Source of the DNA: Eledone cirrhosa
Taxonomy: Eukaryota
DNA length: 64,000 nt
NCBI GenBank assembly: GCA_964016885.1
Contig: CAXHJY010000955.1
Location: forward strand, 62,001 to 126,000
Reading direction: 5' to 3'
A model generated the notes under the pieces. The model worked only from the letters and a program-made list of their open reading frames with translations. It was not told the origin of the DNA and made no database searches. This document shows positions 39,401 through 54,400 of this stretch, piece by piece. The translations under genes and the position numbers were made by a program. Numbering within the stretch: position 1 is the stretch's first letter; each line of letters begins with the position of its first letter.

Positions 39401-42400
39401 TGGTGTAAATTTGGGAATAGAAATATGTTGGTGTAAAGTTGGGAATAGAAATATATTGGTGTAAAGTTGGGAATAGAAATATATTGGTGTAAAGTTGGAA
39501 TAGAAATATATTGGTGTAAAGTTGGTATAGAAATATAATGGTGTAAAGTTGGGAATAGAAATATATTGGTGCAAAGTTGGGAATAGAAATATATTGGTGC
39601 AAAGTTGGGAATAGAAATATATTGGAGCAAAGTTGGGAATAGAAATATATTGGTGTAAAGATGGGAATAGAAATATATTGGTGTAAAGTTGGGAATAGAA
39701 ATATTTTGGTGTAAAGTTGGGAATAGAAATATATTGGTGTAAAGTTGGGAATAGAAATATATTGGTGTAAAGTTGGGAATAGAAATATATTGGTGTAAAG
39801 TTGGAATAGAAATATATTGGAGTAAAGTTGGGAATAGAAATATATTGGTGTAAAGTTGGGAATAGAAATATATTGGTGTAAAGTTGGAATAGAAATAAAT
39901 TGGAATAAAGTTGGGAATAGAAATATATTGGTGTAAAGTTGGAATAGAAATATATTGGTGTAAAGTTGGAATAGAAATATATTGGTGTAAAGTTGGAAAT
40001 AGAAATATATTGGTGTAAAGTTGGAATAGAAATATATTGGTGTAAAGTTGGGTATAGAAATATATTGGTGTAAAGTTGGAATAGAAATATATGGTGTAAA
40101 GTTGGAATAGAAATATATTGGTGTAAAGTTAGAATAGAAATATATTGGTGTAAAATTGGGAATAGAAATATATTGGTGAATAGTTGGGAATAGAAATATA
40201 TCGGTGGAATGTTGGGAATAGAAATATATTGGTGTAAAGTTGGGAATAGAAATATATTGGTGTAAAGTTGGAATAGAAATATATTGGTATAAAGTTGGGA
40301 ATAGAAATATATTGGAGTAAGTTTGAAAAAGATATATAGTGGTGTAAATTTGGGAATAGAAATATAATGGTGTAAAGTTGGGAATAGAAATATATTGGTG
40401 TAAAGTTGGGAATAGAAATATATTGGTGTAAAGTTGGGAATAGAAATATATTGGTGTAAAGTTGGAATAGAAATATGTTGGTGTAAAGTTGGAATAGAAA
40501 TATAATGGTGTAAAGTTGGGAATAGAAATATATTGGTGCAAAGATGGGAATAGAAATATATTGGAGTAAAGTTGGGAATAGAAATATATTGGTGTAAAGT
40601 TGGGAATAGAAATATATTGGAGTAAAGTTGGGAATAGAAATATATTGGTGCAAAGTTGGAATAGAAATATATTGGTGTAAAGTTGGAATAGAAATATATT
40701 GGTGTAAAGTTGGAATAGAAATATATTGGTGTAAAGTTGGGAATAGAAATATATTGGAGTAAGGTTGGAATAGAAATATATTGGTGTAATGTTGGAATAG
40801 AAATATATTGGTGGAAAGTTGGGTTTAAAAATATATTGGTGTAAAGTTGGGAATAGAAATATATTGGTGTAAAGTTGGAATAGAAATATATTGGTGTTAA
40901 GTTGGAATAGAAATATATTGGTGAAAAGTTGGAATAGAAATATATTGGTGTAAAGTTGGGAATAGAAATATATTGGAGTAAGGTTGAAATAGAAATATAT
41001 TGGTGTAAAGTTGGGAATAGAAATATTTTGGTGTAAAGTTGAGAATAGAAATATATTGGTGTAAAGTTGGAATAGAAATATATTGGTGTAAAGTTGGGAA
41101 TAGAAATATTTTGGTGTAAAGTTGAGAATAGAAATATATTGGTGTAAAGTTGGAATAGAAATATATTGGAGTAAAGTTGGGAATAGAATTATATTGGTGT
41201 AAAGTTGGAATAGAAATATATGGTGTAAAGTTGGAATAGAAATATATTGGTGTAAAGTTGGAATAGAAATATATTGGTGTAAAGTTGGAATAGAAATATA
41301 TTGGTGTAAAGTTGAGAATAGAAATATATTGGTGTAAAGTTGGAATAGAAATATATTGGTGTAAAGTCGGAATAGAAATATATTGGTGTAAAGTTGGAAT
41401 AGAAATATATTGGTGCAAAGTTGGGAATACAAATATATTGGAGTAAAGTTGGGAATAGAAATATATTGGTGTAAAGTTGGGAATAGAAATATATTGGTGT
41501 AAAGTTGGGAATAGAAATATATTGGTGCAAAGTTGGAATAGAAATATATTGGTGTAAAGTTGGGAATAGAAATATATTGGAGTAAAGTTGGGAATAGAAA
41601 TATATTGGTGCAAAGTTGAAATAGAAATATATTGGTGTAAAGTTGGAATAGAAATATATTGGTGTAAAGTTGGAATAGAAATATATTGGTGTAAAGTTGG
41701 GAATAGAAATATATTGGTGAAAAGTTGGAATAGAAATATATTGGTGTAAAGTTGGGAATAGAAATATATTGGTGTAAAGTTGGAATAGAAATATATTGGT
41801 GTAAAGTTGGGAATAGAAATATATTGGTGAATAGTTGGGAATAGAAATATATTGGTGTAAAGTTGGAATAGAAATATATTGGTGTAAAGTTGGAATAGAA
41901 ATATATTGGTGTAAAGTTGGAATAGAAATATAATGGTGTAAAGTTGGGAATAGAAATATATTGGTGCAAAGTTGGGAATAGAAATATATTGGAGTAAAGT
42001 TGGGAATAGAAATATATTGGTGTAAAGTTGGGAATAGAAATATATTGGAGTAAAGTTGGGAATAGAAATATATTGGTGCAAAGTTGGAATAGAAATATAT
42101 TGGTGTAAAGTTGGGAATAGAAATATTTTGGTGTAAAGTTGGGAATAGAAATATATTGGTGTAAAGTTGGAATAGAAATATATTGGTGTAAATTTGGAAT
42201 AGAAATATATTGGTGTAAATTTGGGAATAGAAATATATTGGTGTAAAGTTGGAATAGAAATATACTGGTGTAAAGTTGGGAATAGAAATATATTGGAGTA
42301 AGGTTGAAATAGAAATATATTGGTGTAAAGTTGGGAATAGAAATATATTGGTGTAAAGTTGGGAATAGAAATATATTGGTGTAAAGTTGGGAATAGAAAT

Positions 42401-43589
42401 ATATTGGTGTAAAGTTGGGAATAGAAATATATTGGTGTAAAGTTGGAATAGAAATATATTGGTGTAAAGTTGGAATAGAAATATAATGGTGTAAAGTTGG
42501 GAATTGAAATATATTGGTGCAAAGTTGGGAATAGAAATATATGGGAGTAAAGTTGAGAATAGAAATATATTGGTGTAAAGTTGGGAATAGAAATATATTG
42601 GTGCAAAGTTGGAATAGAAATATATTGGTGTAAAGTTGGGAATAGAAATATATTGGAGTAAAGTTGGGAATAGAAATATATTGGTGCAAAGTTGAAATAG
42701 AAATATATTGGTGTAAAGTTGGAATAGAAATATATTGGTGTAAAGTTGGAATAGAAATATATTGGTGTAAAGTTGGGAATAGAAATATATTGGTGTAAAG
42801 TTGGGAATAGAAATATATTGGAGTAAGGTTGGAATAGAAATATATTGGTGTAATGTTGCAATAGAAATATATTGGTGGAAAGTTGGGAATAGAAATATAT
42901 TGGTGTAAAGTTGGGAATAAAAATATATTGGTGTAAAGTTGGGAATAGAAATATTTTGGTGTAAAGTTGGGAATAGAAATATATTGGTGTAAAGTTGGAA
43001 TAGAAATATATTGGTGTAAATTTGGAATAGAAATATATTGGTGTAAATTTGGGAATAGAAATATATTGGTGTAAAGTTGGAATAGAAATATATTGGTGTA
43101 AAGTTGGGAATAGAAATATATTGGAGTAAGGTTGAAATAGAAATATATTGGTGTAAAGTTGGGAATAGAAATATATTGGTGTAAAGTTGGGAATAGAAAT
43201 ATATTGGTGTAAAGTTGGGAATAGAAATATATTGGTGTAAAGTTGGGAATAGAAATATATTGGTGTAAAGTTGGAATAGAAATATATTGGTGTAAAGTTG
43301 GAATAGAAATATAATGGTGTAAAGTTGGGAATAGAAATATATTGGTGCAAAGTTGGGAATAGAAATATATTGGAGTAAAGTTGGGAATAGAAATATATTG
43401 GTGTAAAGTTGGGAATAGAAATATATTGGAGTAAAGTTGGTAATAGAAATATATTGGTGCAAAGTTGGAATAGAAATATATTGGTGTAAAGTTGGAATAG
43501 AAATATATTGGTGTAAAGTTGGGAATAGAAATATATTGGTGTAAAGTTGGGAATAGAAATATTTTGGTGTAAAGTTGGGAATAGAAATA

Positions 43590-46500
43590 TATTGGTGTAA
43601 AGTTGGAATAGAATATATTGGTGTAAATTTGGAATAGAAATATATTGGTGTAAATTTGGGAATAGAAATATATTGGTGTAAAGTTGGAATAGAAATATAC
43701 TGGTGTCAAGTTGGGAATAGAAATATATTGGTGCAAAGTTGGGAATAGAAATATATTGGTGCCAAGTTTGGAATAGAAATATATTGGAGCAAAGTTGGGA
43801 ATAGAAATATATTGGTGTAAAGTTGGGAATAGAAATATATTGGAGTAAGGTTGGAATAGAAATATATTGGTGTAATGTTGGAATAGAAATATATTGGTGG
43901 AAAGTTGGGAATAGAAATATATTGGTGTAAAGTTGGGAATAGAAATATATTGGTGTAAAGTTGGAATAGAAATATATTGGTGTTAAGTTGGAATAGAAAT
44001 ATATTGGTGTAAAGTTGGAATAGATATATATTGGTGTAAAATTGGGAATAGAAATATATTGGAGTAAGGTTGAAATAGAAATATATTGGTGTAAAGTTGG
44101 GAATAGAAATATATTGATGTAAAGTTGGGAATAGAAATATATTTGTGTAAAGTTGGGAATAGAAATATTTTGGTGTAAAGTTGGGAATAGAAATATATTG
44201 GTGTAAAGTTGGAATAGAAATATATTGGTGTAAAGTTGGGAATAGAAATATATTGGTGTAAAGTTGGGAATAGAAATATATTGGTGTAAAGTTGGAAAAG
44301 AAATATATTGGTGTAAAGTTGGGAATAGAAATATATTGGTGTAAAGTTGGGAATAGAAATATATTGGTGTAAAGTTGGAATAGAAATATATTGGTGTAAA
44401 GTTGGAATAGAAATATATTGGTGTAAAGTTGGAAATAGAAATATATTGGTGTAAAGTTGGAATAGAAATATATTGGTGTAAAGTTGGGTATAGAAATATA
44501 TTGGTGTAAAGTTGGAATAGAAATATATGGTGTAAAGTTGGAATAGAAATATATTGGTGTAAAGTTAGAATAGAAATATATTGGTGTAAAATTGGGAATA
44601 GAAATATATTGGTGAATAGTTGGGAATAGAAATATATCGGTGGAATGTTGGGAATAGAAATATATTGGTGTAAAGTTGGGAATAGAAATATATTGGTGTA
44701 AAGTTGGAATAGAAATATATTGGTGTAAAGTTGGGAATAGAAATATTTTGGTGTAAAGTTGGGAATAGAAATATATTGGTGTAAATTGGAATAGAAATAT
44801 ATTGGTGTAAATTTGGAATAGAAATATATTGGTGTAAATTTGGGAATAGAAATATATTGGTGTAAAGTTGGAATAGAAATATACTGGTGTAAAGTTGGGA
44901 ATAGAAATATATTGGAGTAAGGTTGAAATAGAAATATATTGGTGTAAAGTTGGGAATAGAAATATATTGGTGTAAAGTTGGGAATAGAAATATATTGGTG
45001 TAAAGTTGGGAATAGAAATATATTGGTGTAAAGTTGGGAATAGAAATATATTGGTGTAAAGTTGGAATAGAAATATATTGGTGTAAAGTTGGAATAGAAA
45101 TATAATGGTGTAAAGTTGGGAATTGAAATATATTGGTGCAAAGTTGGGAATAGAAATATATGGGAGTAAAGTTGGGAATAGAAATATATTGGTGTAAAGT
45201 TGGGAATAGAAATATATTGGTGCAAAGTTGGAATAGAAATATATTGGTGTAAAGTTGGGAATAGAAATATATTGGAGTAAAGTTGGGAATAGAAATATAT
45301 TGGTGCAAAGTTGAAATAGAAATATATTGGTGTAAAGTTGGAATAGAAATATATTGGTGTAAAGTTGGAATAGAAATATATTGGTGTAAAGTTGGGAATA
45401 GAAATATTTTGGTGTAAAGTTGGGAATAGAAATATATTGGTGTAAAGTTGGAATAGAAATATATTGGTGTAAATTTGGAATAGAAATATATTGGTGTAAA
45501 TTTGGGAATAGAAATATATTGGTGTAAAGTTGGAATAGAAATATATTGGTGTAAAGTTGGAAAAGAAATATATTGGAGTAAAGTTGGGAATAGAAATATA
45601 TTGGTGTAAAGTTGGGAATAGAAATATATTGGTGTAAAGTTGGAATAGAAATATATTGGTGTAAAGTTGGAATAGAAATATATTGGTGTAAAGTTGGAAA
45701 TAGAAATATATTGGTGTAAAGTTGGAATAGAAATATATTGGTGTAAAGTTGGGTATAGAAATATATTGGTGTAAAGTTGGAATAGAAATATATGATGTAA
45801 AGTTGGAATAGAAATATATTGGTGTAAAGTTAGAATAGAAATATATTGGTGTAAAATTGGGAATAGAAATATATTGGTGAATCGTTGGGAATAGAAATAT
45901 ATCGGTGGAATGTTGGGAATAGAAATATATTGGTGTAAAGTTGGGAATAGAAATATATTGGTGTAAAGTTGGAATAGAAATATATTGGTGTAAAGTTGGG
46001 TATAGAAATATTTTGGTGTAAAGTTGGGAATAGAAATATATTGGTGTAAAGTTGGAATAGAAATATATTGGTGTAAATTTGGAATAGAAATATATTGGTG
46101 TAAATTTGGGAATAGAAATATATTGGTGTAAAGTTGGAATAGAAATATACTGGTGTAAAGTTGGGAATAGAAATATATTGGAGTAAGGTTGAAATAGAAA
46201 TATATTGGTGTAAAGTTGGGAATAGAAATATATTGGTGTAAAGTTGGGAATAGAAATATATTGGTGTAAAGTTGGGAATAGAAATATATTGGTGTAAAGT
46301 TGGGAATAGAAATATATTGGTGTAAAGTTGGAATAGAAATATATTGGTGTAAAGTTGGAATAGAAATATAATGGTGTAAAGTTGGGAATTGAAATATATT
46401 GGTGCAAAGTTGGGAATAGAAATATATGGGAGTAAAGTTGGGAATAGAAATATATTGGTGTAAAGTTGGGAATAGAAATATATTGGTGCAAAGTTGGAAT

Positions 46501-49500
46501 AGAAATATATTGGTGTAAAGTTGGGAATAGAAATATATTGGAGTAAAGTTGGGAATAGAAATATATTGGTGCAAAGTTGAAATAGAAATATATTGGTGTA
46601 AAGTTGGAATAGAAATATATTGGTGTAAAGTTGGAATAGAAATATATTGGTGTAAAGTTGGGAATAGAAATATATTGGTGTAAAGTTGGGAATAGAAATA
46701 TATTGGAGTAAGGTTGGAATAGAAATATATTGGTGTAATGTTGCAATAGAAATATATTGGTGGAAAGTTGGGAATAGAAATATATTGGTGTAAAGTTGGG
46801 AATAAAAATATATTGGTGTAAAGTTGGGAATAGAAATATTTTGGTGTAAAGTTGGGAATAGAAATATATTGGTGTAAAGTTGGAATAGAAATATATTGGT
46901 GTAAATTTGGAATAGAAATATATTGGTGTAAATTTGGGAATAGAAATATATTGGTGTAAAGTTGGAATAGAAATATATTGGTGTAAAGTTGGGAATAGAA
47001 ATATATTGGAGTAAGGTTGAAATAGAAATATATTGGTGTAAAGTTGGGAATAGAAATATATTGGTGTAAAGTTGGGAATAGAAATATATTGGTGTAAAGT
47101 TGGGAATAGAAATATATTGGTGTAAAGTTGGGAATAGAAATATATTGGTGTAAAGTTGGAATAGAAATATATTGGTGTAAAGTTGGAATAGAAATATAAT
47201 GGTGTAAAGTTGGGAATAGAAATATATTGGTGCAAAGTTGGGAATAGAAATATATTGGAGTAAAGTTGGGAATAGAAATATATTGGTGTAAAGTTGGAAT
47301 AGAAATATATTGGTGTAAAGTTGGGTATAGAAATATTTTGGTGTAAAGTTGGGAATAGAAATATATTGGTGTAAAGTTGGAATAGAAATATAATGGTGTA
47401 AAGTTGGGAATAGAAATATATTGGTGCAAAGTTGGGAATAGAAATATATTGGAGTAAAGTTGGGAATAGAAATATATTGGTGTAAAGTTGGAATAGAAAT
47501 ATATTGGTGTAAATTTGGAATAGAAATATATTGGTGTAAAGTTGGGAATAGAAATATATTGGTGTAAAGTTGGGAATAGAAATATATTGGTGTAAAGTTG
47601 GGAATAGAAATATATTGGTGTAAAGTTGGGAATAGAAATATATTGGTGTAAAGTTGGAATAGAAATATATTGGTGTAAAGTTGGAATAGAAATATAATGG
47701 TGTAAAGTTGGGAATAGAAATATATTGGTGCAAAGTTGGGAATAGAAATATATTGGAGTAAAGTTGGGAATAGAAATATATTGGTGTAAAGTTGGGAATA
47801 GAAATATATTGGAGTAAAGTTGGTAATAGAAATATATTGGTGCAAAGTTGGAATAGAAATATATTGGTGTAAAGTTGGAATAGAAATATATTGGTGTAAA
47901 GTTGGGAATAGAAATATATTGGTGTAAAGTTGGGAATAGAAATATTTTGGTGTAAAGTTGGGAATAGAAATATATTGGTGTAAAGTTGGAATAGAAATAT
48001 ATTGGTGTAAATTTGGAATAGAAATATATTGGTGTAAATTTGGGAATAGAAATATATTGGTGTAAAGTTGGAATAGAAATATACTGGTGTCAAGTTGGGA
48101 ATAGAAATATATTGGTGCAAAGTTGGGAATAGAAATATATTGGTGCAAAGTTGGGAATAGAAATATATTGGAGCAAAGTTGGGAATAGAAATATATTGGT
48201 GTAAAGTTGGGAATAGAAATATATTGGAGTAAGGTTAGAATAGAAATATATTGGTGTAATGTTGGAATAGAAATATATTGGTGGAAAGTTGGGAATAGAA
48301 ATATATTGGTGTAAAGTTGGGAATAGAAATATATTGGTGTAAAGTTGGAATAGAAATATATTGGTGTTAAGTTGGAATAGAAATATATTGGTGTAAAGTT
48401 GGAATAGATATATATTGGTGTAAAATTGGGAATAGAAATATATTGGAGTAAGGTTGAAATAGAAATATATTGGTGTAAATTTGGGAATAGAAATATATTG
48501 GTGTAAAGTTGGGAATAGAAATATATTGGTGTAAAGTTGGGAATAGAAATATTTTGGTGTAAAGTTGGGAATAGAAATATATTGGTGTAAAGTTGGAATA
48601 GAAATATATTGGTGTAAAGTTGGGAATAGAAATATATTGGTGTAAAGTTGGGAATAGAAATATATTGGTGTAAAGTTGGAAAAGAAATATATTGGAGTAA
48701 AGTTGGGAATAGAAATATATTGGTGTAAAGTTGGGAATAGAAATATATTGGTGTAAAGTTGGAATAGAAATATATTGGTGTAAAGTTGGAATAGAAATAT
48801 ATTGGTGTAAAGTTGGAAATAGAAATATATTGGTGTAAAGTTGGAATAGAAATATATTGGTGTAAAGTTGGGTATAGAAATATATTGGTGTAAAGTTGGA
48901 ATAGAAATATATGGTGTAAAGTTGGAATAGAAATATATTGGTGTAAAGTTAGAATAGAAATATATTGGTGTAAAATTGGGAATAGAAATATATTGGTGAA
49001 TAGTTGGGAATAGAAATATATCGGTGGAATGTTGGGAATAGAAATATATTGGTGTAAAGTTGGGAATAGAAATATATTGGTGTAAAGTTGGAATAGAAAT
49101 ATATTGGTATAAAGTTGGGAATAGAAATATATTGGAGTAAGGTTGAAAAAGAAATGTAGTGGTGTAAATTTGGGAATAGAAATATATTGGTGTAAAGTTG
49201 GGAATAGAAATATATTGGTGTAAAGTTGGGAATAGAAATATATTGGTGTAAAGTTGGGAATAAAAATATATTGGTGTAAAGTTGGAATAGAAATATGTTG
49301 GTGTAAAGTTGGAATAGAAATATAATGGTGTAAAGTTGGGAATAGAAATATATTGGTGCAAAGTTGGGAATAGAAATATATTGGAGTAAAGTTGAGAATA
49401 GAAATATATTGGTGTAAAGTTGGGAATAGAAATATATTGGTGTAAAGTTGGAAAAGAAATATATTGGAGTAAAGTTGGGAATAGAAATATATTGGTGTAA

Positions 49501-52500
49501 AGTTGGGAATAGAAATATATTGGTGTAAAGTTGGAATAGAAATATATTGGTGTAAAGTTGGAAAAGAAATATATTGGAGTAAAGTTGGGAATAGAAATAT
49601 ATTGGTGTAAAGTTGGGAATAGAAATATATTGGTGTAAAGTTGGAATAGAAATATATTGGTGTAAAGTTGGAATAGAAATATATTGGTGTAAAGTTGGAA
49701 ATAGAAATATATTGGTGTAAAGTTGGAATAGAAATATATTGGTGTAAAGTTGGGTATAGAAATATATTGGTGTAAAGTTGGAATAGAAATATATGGTGTA
49801 AAGTTGGAATAGAAATATATTGGTGTAAAGTTAGAATAGAAATATATTGGTGTAAAATTGGGAATAGAAATATATTGGTGAATAGTTGGGAATAGAAATA
49901 TATCGGTGGAATGTTGGGAATAGAAATATATTGGTGTAAAGTTGGGAATAGAAATATATTGGTGTAAAGTTGGAATAGAAATATATTGGTGTAAAGTTGG
50001 GTATAGAAATATTTTGGTGTAAAGTTGGGAATAGAAATATATTGGTGTAAAGTTGGGAATAGAAATATATTGGTGTAAAGTTGGGAATAGAAATATATTG
50101 GAGTAAGGTTGAAATAGAAATATATTGGTGTAATGTTGCAATAGAAATATATTGGTGGAAAGTTGGGAATAGAAATATATTGGTGTAAAGTTGGGAATAA
50201 AAATATATTGGTGTAAAGTTGGGAATAGAAATATTTTGGTGTAAAGTTGGGAATAGAAATATATTGGTGTAAAGTTGGAATAGAAATATATTGGTGTAAA
50301 TTTGGAATAGAAATATATTGGTGTAAATTTGGGAATAGAAATATATTGGTGTAAAGTTGGAATAGAAATATATTGGTGTAAAGTTGGGAATAGAAATATA
50401 TTGGAGTAAGGTTGAAATAGAAATATATTGGTGTAAAGTTGGGAATAGAAATATATTGGTGTAAAGTTGGGAATAGAAATATATTGGTGTAAAGTTGGGA
50501 ATAGAAATATATTGGTGTAAAGTTGGGAATAGAAATATATTGGAGTAAAGTTGGTAATAGAAATATATTGGTGCAAAGTTGGAATAGAAATATATTGGTG
50601 TAAAGTTGGAATAGAAATATATTGGTGTAAAGTTGGGAATAGAAATATATTGGTGTAAAGTTGGGAATAGAAATATTTTGGTGTAAAGTTGGGAATAGAA
50701 ATATATTGGTGTAAAGTTGGAATAGAAATATATTGGTGTAAATTTGGAATAGAAATATATTGGTGTAAATTTGGGAATAGAAATATATTGGTGTAAAGTT
50801 GGAATAGAAATATACTGGTGTCAAGTTGGGAATAGAAATATATTGGTGCAAAGTTGGGAATAGAAATATATTGGTGCAAAGTTGGGAATAGAAATATATT
50901 GGAGCAAAGTTGGGAATAGAAATATATTGGTGTAAAGTTGGGAATAGAAATATATTGGAGTAAGGTTAGAATAGAAATATATTGGTGTAATGTTGGAATA
51001 GAAATATATTGGTGGAAAGTTGGGAATAGAAATATATTGGTGTAAAGTTGGGAATAGAAATATATTGGTGTAAAGTTGGGAATAGAAATATATTGGTGTA
51101 AAGTTGGAATAGAATATATTGGTGTAAATTTGGAATAGAAATATATTGGTGTAAATTTGGGAATAGAAATATATTGGTGTAAAGTTGGAATAGAAATATA
51201 CTGGTGTCAAGTTGGGAATAGAAATATATTGGTGCAAAGTTGGGAATAGAAATATATTGGTGCCAAGTTTGGAATAGAAATATATTGGAGCAAAGTTGGG
51301 AATAGAAATATATTGGTGTAAAGTTGGGAATAGAAATATATTGGAGTAAGGTTGGAATAGAAATATATTGGTGTAATGTTGGAATAGAAATATATTGGTG
51401 GAAAGTTGGGAATAGAAATATATTGGTGTAAAGTTGGGAATAGAAATATATTGGTGTAAAGTTGGAATAGAAATATATTGGTGTTAAGTTGGAATAGAAA
51501 TATATTGGTGTAAAGTTGGAATAGATATATATTGGTGTAAAATTGGGAATAGAAATATATTGGAGTAAGGTTGAAATAGAAATATATTGGTGTAAAGTTG
51601 GGAATAGAAATATATTGATGTAAAGTTGGGAATAGAAATATATTTGTGTAAAGTTGGGAATAGAAATATTTTGGTGTAAAGTTGGGAATAGAAATATATT
51701 GGTGTAAAGTTGGAATAGAAATATATTGGTGTAAAGTTGGGAATAGAAATATATTGGTGTAAAGTTGGGAATAGAAATATATTGGTGTAAAGTTGGAAAA
51801 GAAATATATTGGTGTAAAGTTGGGAATAGAAATATATTGGTGTAAAGTTGGGAATAGAAATATATTGGTGTAAAGTTGGAATAGAAATATATTGGTGTAA
51901 AGTTGGAATAGAAATATATTGGTGTAAAGTTGGAAATAGAAATATATTGGTGTAAAGTTGGAATAGAAATATATTGGTGTAAAGTTGGGTATAGAAATAT
52001 ATTGGTGTAAAGTTGGAATAGAAATATATGGTGTAAAGTTGGAATAGAAATATATTGGTGTAAAGTTAGAATAGAAATATATTGGTGTAAAATTGGGAAT
52101 AGAAATATATTGGTGAATAGTTGGGAATAGAAATATATCGGTGGAATGTTGGGAATAGAAATATATTGGTGTAAAGTTGGGAATAGAAATATATTGGTGT
52201 AAAGTTGGAATAGAAATATATTGGTGTAAAGTTGGGAATAGAAATATTTTGGTGTAAAGTTGGGAATAGAAATATATTGGTGTAAAGTTGGAATAGAAAT
52301 ATATTGGTGTAAATTTGGAATAGAAATATATTGGTGTAAATTTGGGAATAGAAATATATTGGTGTAAAGTTGGAATAGAAATATACTGGTGTAAAGTTGG
52401 GAATAGAAATATATTGGAGTAAGGTTGAAATAGAAATATATTGGTGTAAAGTTGGGAATAGAAATATATTGGTGTAAAGTTGGGAATAGAAATATATTGG

Positions 52501-54400
52501 TGTAAAGTTGGGAATAGAAATATATTGGTGTAAAGTTGGGAATAGAAATATATTGGTGTAAAGTTGGAATAGAAATATATTGGTGTAAAGTTGGAATAGA
52601 AATATAATGGTGTAAAGTTGGGAATTGAAATATATTGGTGCAAAGTTGGGAATAGAAATATATGGGAGTAAAGTTGGGAATAGAAATATATTGGTGTAAA
52701 GTTGGGAATAGAAATATATTGGTGCAAAGTTGGAATAGAAATATATTGGTGTAAAGTTGGGAATAGAAATATATTGGAGTAAAGTTGGGAATAGAAATAT
52801 ATTGGTGCAAAGTTGAAATAGAAATATATTGGTGTAAAGTTGGAATAGAAATATATTGGTGTAAAGTTGGAATAGAAATATATTGGTGTAAAGTTGGGAA
52901 TAGAAATATTTTGGTGTAAAGTTGGGAATAGAAATATATTGGTGTAAAGTTGGAATAGAAATATATTGGTGTAAATTTGGAATAGAAATATATTGGTGTA
53001 AATTTGGGAATAGAAATATATTGGTGTAAAGTTGGAATAGAAATATATTGGTGTAAAGTTGGAAAAGAAATATATTGGAGTAAAGTTGGGAATAGAAATA
53101 TATTGGTGTAAAGTTGGGAATAGAAATATATTGGTGTAAAGTTGGAATAGAAATATATTGGTGTAAAGTTGGAATAGAAATATATTGGTGTAAAGTTGGA
53201 AATAGAAATATATTGGTGTAAAGTTGGAATAGAAATATATTGGTGTAAAGTTGGGTATAGAAATATATTGGTGTAAAGTTGGAATAGAAATATATGATGT
53301 AAAGTTGGAATAGAAATATATTGGTGTAAAGTTAGAATAGAAATATATTGGTGTAAAATTGGGAATAGAAATATATTGGTGAATCGTTGGGAATAGAAAT
53401 ATATCGGTGGAATGTTGGGAATAGAAATATATTGGTGTAAAGTTGGGAATAGAAATATATTGGTGTAAAGTTGGAATAGAAATATATTGGTGTAAAGTTG
53501 GGTATAGAAATATTTTGGTGTAAAGTTGGGAATAGAAATATATTGGTGTAAAGTTGGAATAGAAATATATTGGTGTAAATTTGGAATAGAAATATATTGG
53601 TGTAAATTTGGGAATAGAAATATATTGGTGTAAAGTTGGAATAGAAATATACTGGTGTAAAGTTGGGAATAGAAATATATTGGAGTAAGGTTGAAATAGA
53701 AATATATTGGTGTAAAGTTGGGAATAGAAATATATTGGTGTAAAGTTGGGAATAGAAATATATTGGTGTAAAGTTGGGAATAGAAATATATTGGTGTAAA
53801 GTTGGGAATAGAAATATATTGGTGTAAAGTTGGAATAGAAATATATTGGTGTAAAGTTGGAATAGAAATATAATGGTGTAAAGTTGGGAATTGAAATATA
53901 TTGGTGCAAAGTTGGGAATAGAAATATATGGGAGTAAAGTTGGGAATAGAAATATATTGGTGTAAAGTTGGGAATAGAAATATATTGGTGCAAAGTTGGA
54001 ATAGAAATATATTGGTGTAAAGTTGGGAATAGAAATATATTGGAGTAAAGTTGGGAATAGAAATATATTGGTGCAAAGTTGAAATAGAAATATATTGGTG
54101 TAAAGTTGGAATAGAAATATATTGGTGTAAAGTTGGAATAGAAATATATTGGTGTAAAGTTGGGAATAGAAATATATTGGTGTAAAGTTGGGAATAGAAA
54201 TATATTGGAGTAAGGTTGGAATAGAAATATATTGGTGTAATGTTGCAATAGAAATATATTGGTGGAAAGTTGGGAATAGAAATATATTGGTGTAAAGTTG
54301 GGAATAAAAATATATTGGTGTAAAGTTGGGAATAGAAATATTTTGGTGTAAAGTTGGGAATAGAAATATATTGGTGTAAAGTTGGAATAGAAATATATTG
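43590..54400. repeat. Long-range duplication: about 43.6-46.9 kb is copied at about 51.1-54.4 kb (offset 7,501/7,502)
   Basis: Private variants GCCAAGTTTGG at 43761/51262 and GAATCGTTGG near 45879/53381. ORF-track pairs 43736/51237 and 45830/53332. Confidence 0.88.
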